This document shows, in pieces, positions 38,335 to 50,300 of a stretch of 64,000 bases of DNA. Location: positions 186,001 through 250,000 of the forward strand of contig CT868274.1 of the NCBI GenBank assembly GCA_000165425.1, in the 5' to 3' direction. The notes under the pieces are model-generated. The model did not search any database. It was not told where the DNA came from and was given only the letters and a program-made list of their open reading frames with translations. Source of the DNA: Paramecium tetraurelia (taxonomy: Eukaryota). The position numbers and the translations under genes were made by a program. The stretch's first letter is position 1, and each line of letters opens with the position of its first letter.

Positions 38335-41300
38335 TCATTTCAAAGCCAATCTGACTTAAGGGATTCCCTTGATAATCTCTTAACTCTCCTAATTCAATGT
38401 GAAATTGATAGTCAAATCAACATATTTCTAATAAAATTAATAGTATATCATACCTGTATTTCTAAAACTTTAATAATTGGTTGGTCCAAGAAGTGCTTTT
38501 TCTCATCTGGCTTTTTAGCATACATGATCTCCATGTACACAGGTTAAGCCTTCAAGAAAACATCTCTTGGATGCAAATCATATTATTAATTCAGAATTTC
38601 AAATAATTATCTGAAAGTAGTTGACTTTGTAATTTCATGTGCCCATATATCCCATAATGTAACTGTGACTTTTTCATTGATTTTCTTCTTTGGTACTAAC
38701 CCTGGCTCAGTCAATTTCACAAAAGGAATTGCTAAATTGACAAAGGCGTTTTTCATATCTGAAATCTAGACATTCTTCAAGGTCTTAATCAACTCAATTG
38801 TCTATAGGCCAGCAACAACAGCAGTAGTAGTAGCCAAAGCAGGTACAATACGTCCAGCTTTAATTTTCACAGTCAGCCAATCCATAGATTCTAATTTATA
38901 ATTTGCAGCCCTTAGATTGCCGAAATGAATGAATGAAGTCGATGTGTCCATTTTAATCGTTATCCTTTTCAAATTCATCAGATGCTAAAGTGATGGGTAA
39001 TAAGGATTTAAATTATTTGAATAACAGTTATGTTTCTTCTTAAGTGCTTTGGGCTTGAGTAGTCTCATTCTCTTCAGGTTCTTCTTTTTATCCTTGCTCT
39101 TTAACCTTATCAGAAATAGACTAAAATAATTATCAAACTCATAAATACCTTCTTCTTCTCTTCGCTTGGTTGCCATTCAGGGAAAGTGATAAGATTGGCT
39201 TACTTAGCTACTTATTGTCTATAAGCTTTAGTTCTCCAATCTTTATCAGTTTCGAGACCGAACATTTTGGCTCTGAGGAAAGCAAAGGTTGATACAAATT
39301 ATTGATGAATTTCATTTTCAGGATCAAATTAAATAGCCTTGGGAGGTCGTTTAGGCATAGTCCAAAATAGATTGCCATCCTTAGTCTTAGCATCTTCTGG
39401 ATATGTATACATCAATTATTTAATGTCATTAACAAAGTATTTCTAGAATTTCCCTCTTGCCCACTTAAGACAATCTTCTAAAGAATTTGGTTTGTTCTTC
39501 AACAATTTGATGCCTTCTCTCAAAGGCTTATTGTCTTCTAGACTGGGCAAGTAATCATCTGCCATCATTTTTATTAATTGCTTTGGTCTTGCTGAAAAAT
39601 GTTTACCAAACTTATCCTTTGCAAACTCAACGCAATGGAAAGTCTCTTCTGGGAACATCTTTAGTGTGCAATATGGAATTTCTCCTTCTTCGACAGGATC
39701 ATTAGAGCTACCATATGATTCAGTTTAAAATGGAATGATGCATTGTACATGACCTTTTGGTCCAAGAGTACCTGATTCTAAAAGTGGCTTGCGAGCATTT
39801 ACACATCGTTTGTCGACATATCTTCTAGCAGCTACATTGTCAAGAGCATTAGCAATAATGTCTTAGTCTTCAAAGAATTGATCTGTGTATATGTGTTCTG
39901 TTGAATCATGAACCTTATCAAGTCTGGCTATGATGTGATCTCTCAAATATGGGTTCATTTAAATAACAGCAGCAGCAGCTGTCTAAGACTTTGGTTTTCT
40001 TAAATGTTTCTCCCTGAATAAGAATTACCTATTTAGATTACTGACCTCGATGTGATCAGGATCAGTTATTGTGATAGATCCCTTCACTCCTAAGTTAAGC
40101 ATAGCAAAATTCTTGAGTAGTTCACAACCTATTGCACCACATCCAACCATGAATATTTTAGATTTCTCTAATTTTTCAGCAATTTCTGTACCCAAGAATC
40201 TACTTAAAGACCTTTCACTTATTTTGACATCCTTGGATATCTCTTTTTGTAACACTTCAGTGCAATCCACATAAAATAGTTGTTAAACTGGAGTAAACTT
40301 ATTTGTTATTCCCTTAATAGCCTCTTGTGACACGAATCCTCCAAGATAAGCAGACAAAGGTGAAAATTCTCCTTAAACAGAGTAATGTTTGAATATGGAC
40401 TCGAAATCCTAATCTTTGGTTTACTTATTGTTATAAAGATTATGAAGATGTTCAGTATTTTGCAATTTGATAAAATCGTATTCTGACATATTTGGATCAT
40501 AAATTGGCTTATCAATGAATTCTTAATTGTAGGGTTGGAATGATAATTCAACAGGTACTTTAACCAATTTAATAGTTCCATTTCGAATGTATTTTTGAAT
40601 ATCCATTCTAATTGTATCTCCAAGACTGATTTACTAATTACTTTAACCTTTTAAATGGTTTTGTTAATTGAAATTCCATTTGAGTCTACCATTCCTTCAA
40701 TATTATCAATCATTACAATATCATTATCCTAAAATTCATGTTTACCTGTGATTTCAAAGTGCAACTTATTTTCCCCTTTATCAGTAACTGATTTAACAAT
40801 ATAATCAACAGTTTGTTCCCCATTCTTATCCTCAACTATGAATGATTACCCAAAGTCATTGAATACTCTTCCGAAGACTCCATCAACTGAACTTATAATT
40901 AATTTCACCTTATTTTAACGACATAATGTAGATAATTTGAATAATACATCATTTGGATATGTAGCACAGATTACTACAATGCTGTATTTAGTGAGATCGA
41001 TATTAAGGAGTTCTGAGGTTTCATAATTTACTCTAACGTATGAATTGAGCTATTGCAATTTTTCCCAACTTACTTCAGCCCTGTTTTTGCCAATATCTTT
41101 TTCTTCAATGAAAAATTAACCATTAAGATCATATTAAGTGCATTTCTATTGATCATGAATAGTTAACATTTTGACTCCTGATAATACTATGTTTTTGGCT
41201 ACTTCAATACCCAAGGCTCCAATGCCAGATACCAAAACACAACTATTTGCCTATTTCTTCACTGCATCCATACCCATAGCACCAATGTATCTACTCCATC

Positions 41301-41385
41301 TATCTAAGACATTTTCATCATTTGCTTCGAATTCCTTCTATTGAATCTTTGTGTATGTAACATCTACTTCATCTAAATTGGCCAT
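38335..41385 (-). other. Ubiquitin-activating E1 module (IAD-FCCH-AAD-SCCH-UFD) of the giant gene
   Basis: [91 protein letters not shown], catalytic [11 protein letters not shown] (Cys codon 39668-39670), [25 protein letters not shown]. Confidence 0.97.
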
Positions 41386-44300
41386 TCCCTCTTTTACATT
41401 TTTAACTTTAGGTTGTTTCTTGACGTGAAGTCCTTAGTACCCTGGATCCTTCTAAATCAGCAGCAGAAGGTGGCTAAATCTTATTCAATTCTTCCTCTAA
41501 TTCTTTAACAGCCTCTGACAACTTCTTATGATATGCTTTCTTGCTCTTTTTGAATTCACTGCACCAACTGGAATTGTGATCATTTAGTAACCCAGTATAT
41601 ACTGCTTCTTTGGTATCTGCAAGTTCAACCCACTTATTGCATTCCTCCAAGATTTCCTATTTCTTAAGATAGAAGTGTCTCCTAATAATAGTTTCAAATC
41701 CTTTTGGTGGATCTCTAATCTAGTCTATCATAGCATATTTAATGTTGCAATATCTGACAATATTAGAATATCCTTCATTTTTCTTTTCACCTTCATCTGT
41801 GTTTGCTTCCTATTCAAAGCCTGGTTCATTGAAATACACCTCTTCACTCATAATAATAGCTTGAGTGGACACTAAAACTTAAAGGAGAGTGGAGATTTTT
41901 GGATCCCAATTTTCAGATGCATTTCCTCTCCATGTACCTAAGAGTGACAAACATACTTTTCCACAACTATACAAATTAGGATTGAATCTGACTTTTCCAT
42001 TTCCTGTAGTAGATAAATTCATTTTAGGGGGAGCATTCGGGTATGAATCATCAGCATAAATATCAAATAGAAAGGCACCATGTGCATAAGGAGTTCCTTT
42101 TGCACCCATAACAAGTGCCTTCATCACATCTACACGTTCTTTGTCAGCTCTTACAAATATGGCATTAGTGTGTTCAATTGGTAAGGATGTTGACATATCT
42201 GCAAATTCTTAGGCTAATCTTACGATCTTATCTTGATTTATCTAAGTAGAAATGTTTCCTGAATAGTGATGCTTATATCTGCCACCCACCTTCATATCAA
42301 TATAGCTGAATCTCAAATCTGACAACAAGGTTCTGTATGCTTCAGGTAGATTTTTGGATAGAATCTCTGCGATCAACTCATTTGCTAATTCTTTCTATTT
42401 CTTGAGTTGTTCAGTCTCATCCTCTTCATTGCTACTACTACCACTATCATTCATCTTATTGATGCAATTTTCCATTCGTTTATGAGTATCTATAATCATT
42501 TTGGCAATCTCAAATGAGTGTTCTTCCTCTTCATTCTTCTTTCTATTATTTTGGACGCAATTCATAAAGATTCTGGATGTGTCAGCCAATGCACTTAACA
42601 ATTCAAATAATGATTATGTTTAAGGAGGATAATACTATTCTGGAATCTTTAAGAAAACACTGGCCAATACTTTGTGTTGTGACATGGATTAAACTATCTT
42701 CAGATACTTACAATACAACTCGAATTCCTTTGATATTTCCAAAAGTGAACCACTTCTGAATGCACTTTCTAACAGAGGCAATAATGCACTTTCAAACAAT
42801 GTATTCTTTAATTTATGTAATAGTTCTTCACTTGGATGCCAATGTTAGAAATCAAAGAATGACTCTACTATACCCAGTAATCCAATTAATTGTTATGACT
42901 TTTAGGTTTTCTTCTCCACATATTCTATCGTATTCCATTTCTAATTTTACCCAGTATTATCACTTGCATATCCTACTCCTCTCTTCTACTTTGTTGATTT
43001 CTGCAATGTGTTATTTTTCTAAGGTGATTCTTAAACCACTTATTCCTCAACCTTATTTCTAAATTCTCTCTTAGTCTCCCTACTAACCAATGCTATTCTA
43101 TCTAGGATTTGCTTAATTAAATTCTATTCCAAAGCCTTTATTCTTACTTCTGGTCCACTACTAGCACTGAATACATTTACGAGGGTGGTATAAATGAACT
43201 TAACAGCATTCTGTTCCTCCTCTTCTAATTTCTTGTTATTACTTGAATCAGGAGGTCCAGCAATTAAATCAAACAATAAATTGACACATTATTGATTCTT
43301 CATGAACAAATTAAAAAAGTTAGGTAATTGACAGAATGATTGCAATTCATTTAAAAATTATAGCCAAGAATTGGCTCGTTGTTAATTCTTCCATTATCCA
43401 ATTCCTTCTCTAATTACAGATAACATAGCATTTACACCATTTAGTTCTTCAAACAAGGGGAATATTGTTAATTGTTATGGATATGTGAATGATGATGTTT
43501 TAGGGTGGATGTTATCAATGAACTCTCTTGCATTTATTACCAACTCAATAATATTTTATTAATTTGTAGGTAACTCATTCAATTTTTACTGGTTCTCAAA
43601 TATATTGCATTCCTGTTTTAATCCATATTTGTTGAATACGATCAATTGTTTCAATTCACATAATTTCAATTAACTTGGTAATTAGTAAACTGGAACAACA
43701 CTGTAATATAGGAGTGATTGATTGGTTTCATAATTAGGGAATAGTAAACTAGTAGTTTCTTATGGTATATTAATTTAAGGCAATGTCTTCTTTTACTTTT
43801 AAGGTCTGACTCCCTGAAACATAATATTCAATCTTTAAATTGTCTAGACTTCCCTAGTCTTTTAGATTAAATGATGCCAAATTGATTCTGGATGGTTCTC
43901 CTGGGACATATTCAATTTCCAAAAATACTTTATCATTATTTTAGAATGTTAAGGTTCCTTGTTCATCATATATTTCAATTTAAGCATTGATGTCAATTTC
44001 CTCATTGACAATAAGATTATTTTCATTGAAATAAAACACTTTCATCTTCCCTTGATTCCAACTGTATGTTAAATCTAATTTATCTGATTTTGTGCATTTC
44101 ACATTATGATACAAGATAATAGTTTTGTCTACATTATTGATTCTATAATTGATAACCATCATCTAAGGAGAGGAATTAAAGAATTTATCTTCCAAATGTG
44201 GTAACATGTCTGAATCTCCATCATTCTTCTAAAAAGCCACCTTATTCCAATAGGTCTCGCTTATATGAGCAAATAATTAATCTCTTTATTTAATTGTTAG

Positions 44301-47300
44301 TAATAATGATTCGAATACTAATTCATCCTGCTTTTGAGTATTGTCTATTTATTTCTAAGCAATAAACTTTGGATCCAAAATAAATTTGCCTTAATCTTCA
44401 AATTGAATCTTCAAGAAAACATAATCCTCACTGTTCAAAATTGGAACCAACAAGGATCTCACGAATTTCATATCTTTGTTTCCTTCCAATCTGCCAATAT
44501 CTCGTATCAAGGCTTCGATTATGAATTTTGCATGATACTTCTACACCATGTAGCTGATGAATTTGGCTGCCAATTCTATAGTTTTATCATCGAATTGTTT
44601 CAAGATGGTTTTGCATGAGGGTTCTTCGATTAATGAATTATAGAGAGGGAGAAGGTATTTGAGTAGATGATCAGCAATCTTCTTATTCGTCGATAGAGTA
44701 TAAAAGAATTAGATGACGTAGTTCAATTCAAATTTACCAAAAATTGAATCCAACTGATTGATAATCCAATCAATGCTTACTCTATTTCCCAAAGCTAATG
44801 GTCCAAGCACTTCAAAGAAGTATGGTTAGGTTCTACTCTTATCCAAAGTAAACTACAATATCTATTCCACTTCTTCAAAATCTATTCATAAGGATGTGGG
44901 AGATAAGTGATGGTTACTATCAGTTTGATTAGCAAATGTCTGGCATGTTTGTTATGCAACAATTAGAACAATTCAATCAGATGTATGATATCATTTTTGC
45001 TGATATTTAGTGAAAGTTCCCTTTATTTCAATTTGCTCTTTTGCAATAACAGAACATTGCAATAGGATTCAATGAAATGCTAAGCCAATTTTTCATACCA
45101 TAATAGATCTTACTGCTGATGATTGTTGATCTGTAGAGCCAGCAATTTCTGAAATAGATGGTTGTGCAATTTCAAGAACCTTTCATGAACATGTTCTCCT
45201 TCCAAATATTATCTAACTCAGTAATTTACTATGTGATTACTCAGGGTATTCCATCAATTTGACTACTAACCAATCTCCGACCTCGTGATTATATTTAGCA
45301 ATTGCCAATATCAAAGGACTCAATTGAAATGAATAAGAATTGAGTGCATTCATGAACTTGTTGATATTGTTTTGGAGTTGTTCTAATACGATGGAATCAT
45401 TGGCCAATTGTTGCAAAGTCTTTTTGGTAATTGGGTTTACAGAACTTGGATAGAATATCGATAGCCGTCTTCTCTTATAATGTATAGATGAAATCAACTT
45501 TTTATCTACTAGAAGCATAACCCAAAACTGAAATAAAACTGATGCCTAAGCACAGCTTTTTAATAGCTTTGGATACATCCAATTGTTCTACATATTGTTA
45601 TCTCATTCTAAAGCTGATGAATTTGACAGATTAACCAGGAGGCAATTGCTGCTTATTCATGAGTTGAGAATTGTAACAAAATACTTTGACTTGGTATTGT
45701 GAATAATATTCGTCATTAATTAATTGCATCTCAGCAATTGGATATAGTTCCTCCAATGATTTTCCTACTTCTAATAGGACACTACTGGGAGTGCCTAAAT
45801 ATTTGTCAGCAAAATCAGCAGTGAATGTTTGAATACCCAATCTGATATTTTTGATTTCGATTTCATTATCCAACTAGAATACCATTTAATATTCACTTCT
45901 CATTCCCTCATGGGAGAGTGATTAGAGCTAATCTACTCTTCGCTCCTTTCTTGTGCAATGGCCAATCCTAATTGGATATATTTTGTCCTGGCAAATTGAA
46001 AACTTTCATCTTATTGCCGAACTCCTCCTCCAAAAACTAGACTTGTGTGATTTGTTTCTCCTTGATGATCTTATTTATTAGGTAATGATAGATGTCTGAT
46101 TGGAATTGTTATGCAACATCATCTGAAATTAAATACTTATCAAATTGTTATTGGATCACTTCCAAAATCTGAGATGTGTATGTGAAAGCAGTGTATGAAG
46201 TGATCTAACTATTCTCATATTGATTAACTATCACATCGTCAATGTAATATTGCTATTGGAATATTTACTGTAACATGTATTATTTGCATGGCAATAATTC
46301 AAATAATTAATCCAATGAATCGCTCACTTATTTGAGTAATTTTCCAGCATAGCTATGCAATTTGTTCCCAGAATAAGAATTCAAGCAGTACCATTCAAAT
46401 AAACGATTTAAGTCTGGACTCTCACTTAGTTGTGCTAGTGTTTATTCACTTTGCAATAGTAAATAGATCATTGATTAACAGAGTTCCAATTATTCGATCA
46501 ATCGACTATCAGCATTGATGATTCCATCCATTCCTCCTAGATAAGGTAGATACGATCCTATATATTTGAGTAATATGTTGACATTATTCAAATAGATCTG
46601 TTATACCTCTTAGGAGAATACTATGAAGATATGCTTGATGTCATTTTAGCTTAAATGAGGCAATAAGGCTTCTATTATTTAAGAGCATGTCTGATTTTAT
46701 TGCACTTATTGTTATGCCAAATTCAAGGTGAATTATAGCAATTCATTCATCAATAATTTCTATTTGCATCCTAAGTAAGACTGGATTACTCTGTGATAGA
46801 TTTGTAATTCATTCTACAATTAAGGAGTTATCATCAATATCACCTTTAGTACTTTATTCCAAATTATATATTTCTCTGACTTCTCTAATAGGATAATTAA
46901 TCTATTTATTGTATCTGGATAACAAATTTGGATATGTTATCTTTGCAAGAAGTCCTCAAAGTCAGCTAATTGTTTATTATTGCCTCTGGTCTTTAATTTA
47001 TTTACCTTCTTAACACTTCTTGTCAGAAAGTCGAATAATAAGAGCAAATTATCGATCGTTAATTTTTCTACGTTGTTTTTTATGTAGATTTAACAGAAGT
47101 ATATTGAGGTATTTTTGAAATGTAAATCAAACTATCCTTCTCAATTTATAAAATGTTATTAATTTGATCACTCAATAAGAGTGTGGCTGCCCAGTCTGTA
47201 TATCTACTTTCCAATTATTTGGGTTAGAACAGAAGGTCTAACAAAGTTTTGAATTTCTCTGGGTACTGCATTCCTTTTGAAAATAATTCTGTTAAGACGT

Positions 47301-50300
47301 TTTCATTCAATGAATTCTTAATTTAAAGGGTACTGCATTTTTGTAATGCATTTTACAATAAATTCAATCTAAATTTACTATCATTGATTAGAAATTCAAG
47401 AATAAATCCTAACATCCTTTCATTTTCTGGATTCCCATCTTCTGTTTATTTTATTTATGGCAATCTTTAAAGTTGAGTTACTAGTGCATCATACAGAATG
47501 TCATCATTCAATTCAATTAGTTTCTACAGTGATTCCAATATGGGTATTGGTAACTAATGCAATAACTTTTTCTTTAGACTGTTTTCACTTGTAAATTATT
47601 CTATTATCAATTAATTCCATTGTTCCTCAGGTATTTACATTTTAACCTTCTTTTGAATAAATTACAAAGCTATATCAGTAATTCCTTTCAAATCTCCTAG
47701 TGATATGATGAGATGGATGAATTCTAATGCGTCTGGTACTCTGCCAGAGATGGCAATCAGCATTCTCATTAAAAGAGATGAGAAGACTGTCAAGAAATTG
47801 GAATTGTTTTCGTAGTTTCTTGGGGGGGCTACTTTCAAAAATTCAAGTTGAGTTTATTCAATAAGACTCTGAAGATGACTAGTTTGTAATTTACACTTCT
47901 CCTTCAATTGCATTTCTGATTACAATTTGTATATTGCTTGTTCTAAATAATCAGCATTTCTCCTCAATGATTTAGTTGACATCACTATGTAATGGTCAGT
48001 CAAATCAGTCTTTTTAATAACATTGTATGAGTCCATGAGTATAGATTTATCTGACTAATACACATAGTAGAGGGTTTCTCCTATTGATAAGGTAGTCTTA
48101 TATCTAAAATCTTCTGTGATATCTAGTGGACACAATTCAGCATTTAAAAGAGACCCGTAGAATTCTGGAATGACAGTCAAGTAATTCTATGGAATCTACA
48201 ATTAAGCTGCTTATTTGGAATAATAATTATCACTTCCCAAAGTTAATTGCACTAATAATTTACGTGCTCTAACTCCATTAAGTCCAATGTGAAAACAATT
48301 GTAATTATGATAATTGGCACATTTATGAACATAATCTGTGAATTGTACAAAGGTCCATTCATCATAAACTTGATCCAACACCAAATTGTCTACCCAAACT
48401 TAGACTCTAAATTTGACTGAGTTTGATGTCTATTAAAATCTTAAAGACAATTTCTCAATCTCAAATTCCCCAAGAAGATTGACTTCAAATCTTCTAATTT
48501 ATTATTTATTTGACAATTGCATAATTAGAATCTAAGACAGAGGGTCTTTTTAGCATATTAAAGATTTCTAATTGCCAGTTTATTCAACTGAGATTTCATC
48601 AATTTCTTAGATTTGTACTTATCCTTGAGGTCCTCCATATTTAGTAGAAAATAAGAACATGTCTTTATGTTACATACTTTTCAACTTTTGTAATGCAAAC
48701 AACAGAGATTTCATAGCAATATCTATGATTTCTTGTGGTTTAAATTTGGCTGTATATGTTATTAATCCCAAAAAGTACTCTAAGCCACTTTCTGTTAAAA
48801 CTACTTTTTCAATCTTGTTAAATATCTGTTAAGCCACCTACAACAATATATCATGAAATTCATCGTGTTGTTGGAGTTGTCTGAAGAATTCTGTGACTTA
48901 TTCATTTACATCCTAGGATAACACATTTCCAAGGATGAATTTAGATAGGTTAATAACTTCTAACACTTTCTTGGATTCTTTCTTCATGAATAAATTAAGA
49001 ACAGTCAAAGCACCTGGTTTTTTTTGGTATACTTATTCGACTAGACTATCTAATTGATTGATTTATAAATTGTTGTATTTCTTACCAGTCACAGTCACCT
49101 TTAATAATTTATATTGTGAATCATCATGTGGTTTAATAGTGAAGTCTCCTGAATAAACAGTGTCAAATTCAATTATACCATTACTTGGATATCCATTCAT
49201 TCCTTGATATTTACATTGAACAGCCAATTTCTCAGGTAAATCAATTCTTTTCCTAAGTTAGTTTAACAATTGGCATTCTTAGATTGCTCCAACAGTTGAA
49301 TGCTCACTTTAGGTCTTAGGTATTTCTTTTCCGAAAGCAGCAAACCCTTTGATTTCAATGGAGTTAGTCTAAAAATGAGCTGTATGATCATGAGGTGTTT
49401 TTCTAAAATTGGTTGGTTTAAGCATGATATATTTGCATGGTCTTATAACTTCCAATTGACAGAATGCTTCTTTGGATTCTGCTTCAAATTCAAAGTATCC
49501 AACTGGTTCATTTGCATGTAGACTTTAATGAGTTGATTTCCACTTTTCATATTGTTGTTTGTCAAAGTTATCAAATTCTGAAGTGTCATTCAACTCATGT
49601 TCTTCTTTTGATATAAAGATCAATCCCATTCCAATGGGGAATCCTCTGAAAACATTGGTGACCTCACTTTTAATTATGACATGATCCACAAGCATAGCCT
49701 CATCAAATTGGCTTCGGAATATAAATTAGGTCTTAGGATAGTTACTAGAGAAGGGTTTATTACTATCAAAGAGCATTTAAGTAACAAATGTTTAATCATT
49801 AAAGGAGGCTCCTTTAAAGGAATGGACAGTTAAAGGTAATTTTTAAGGATCACTAACAGTCAATGGACTATTCATCAATAGGATTTGTTTTGGTTCCTCA
49901 ATGGGTCCTTCAAATACAGCCTTAATGTGGATGTGAGTGAAATTATCTCCTATATGAATTCCCTATATATGGATATCATCCGTAACTGTTTAGAAGATCT
50001 GCACTTCTTCACTTTGAATGATGTTATTCTTTAGGATTTCAGAATTGTCTTCAATTTACTTGTGTTGAGTGTTACTCTCATACCAGATGATATTATCTTT
50101 AATGTAAGCATTTGAAATGGGTTCTTAAATTTCAGAGACATTCAATTGAGAGTCAATGATGAAATTTTTTGATTGACTATAAATTAGGCATTTAGTTTTG
50201 GAAATGACTAGATCATAATTGACTCCAATGAATATTTACTTCTAAAATTCAATTTTGGAGTTTTGAGTGATCTCATAAATGCTTATAGCTTGATCACCAA

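Noticed and set aside
38335..42300. Bacterial CBASS Cap2-like or horizontally acquired E2-E1 operon
   Set aside because: Eukaryotic multi-domain UBA-type E1, BIRC6-type E2, spliceosomal introns and host codon usage; no CD-NTase or JAB gene nearby. The resemblance is architectural only.
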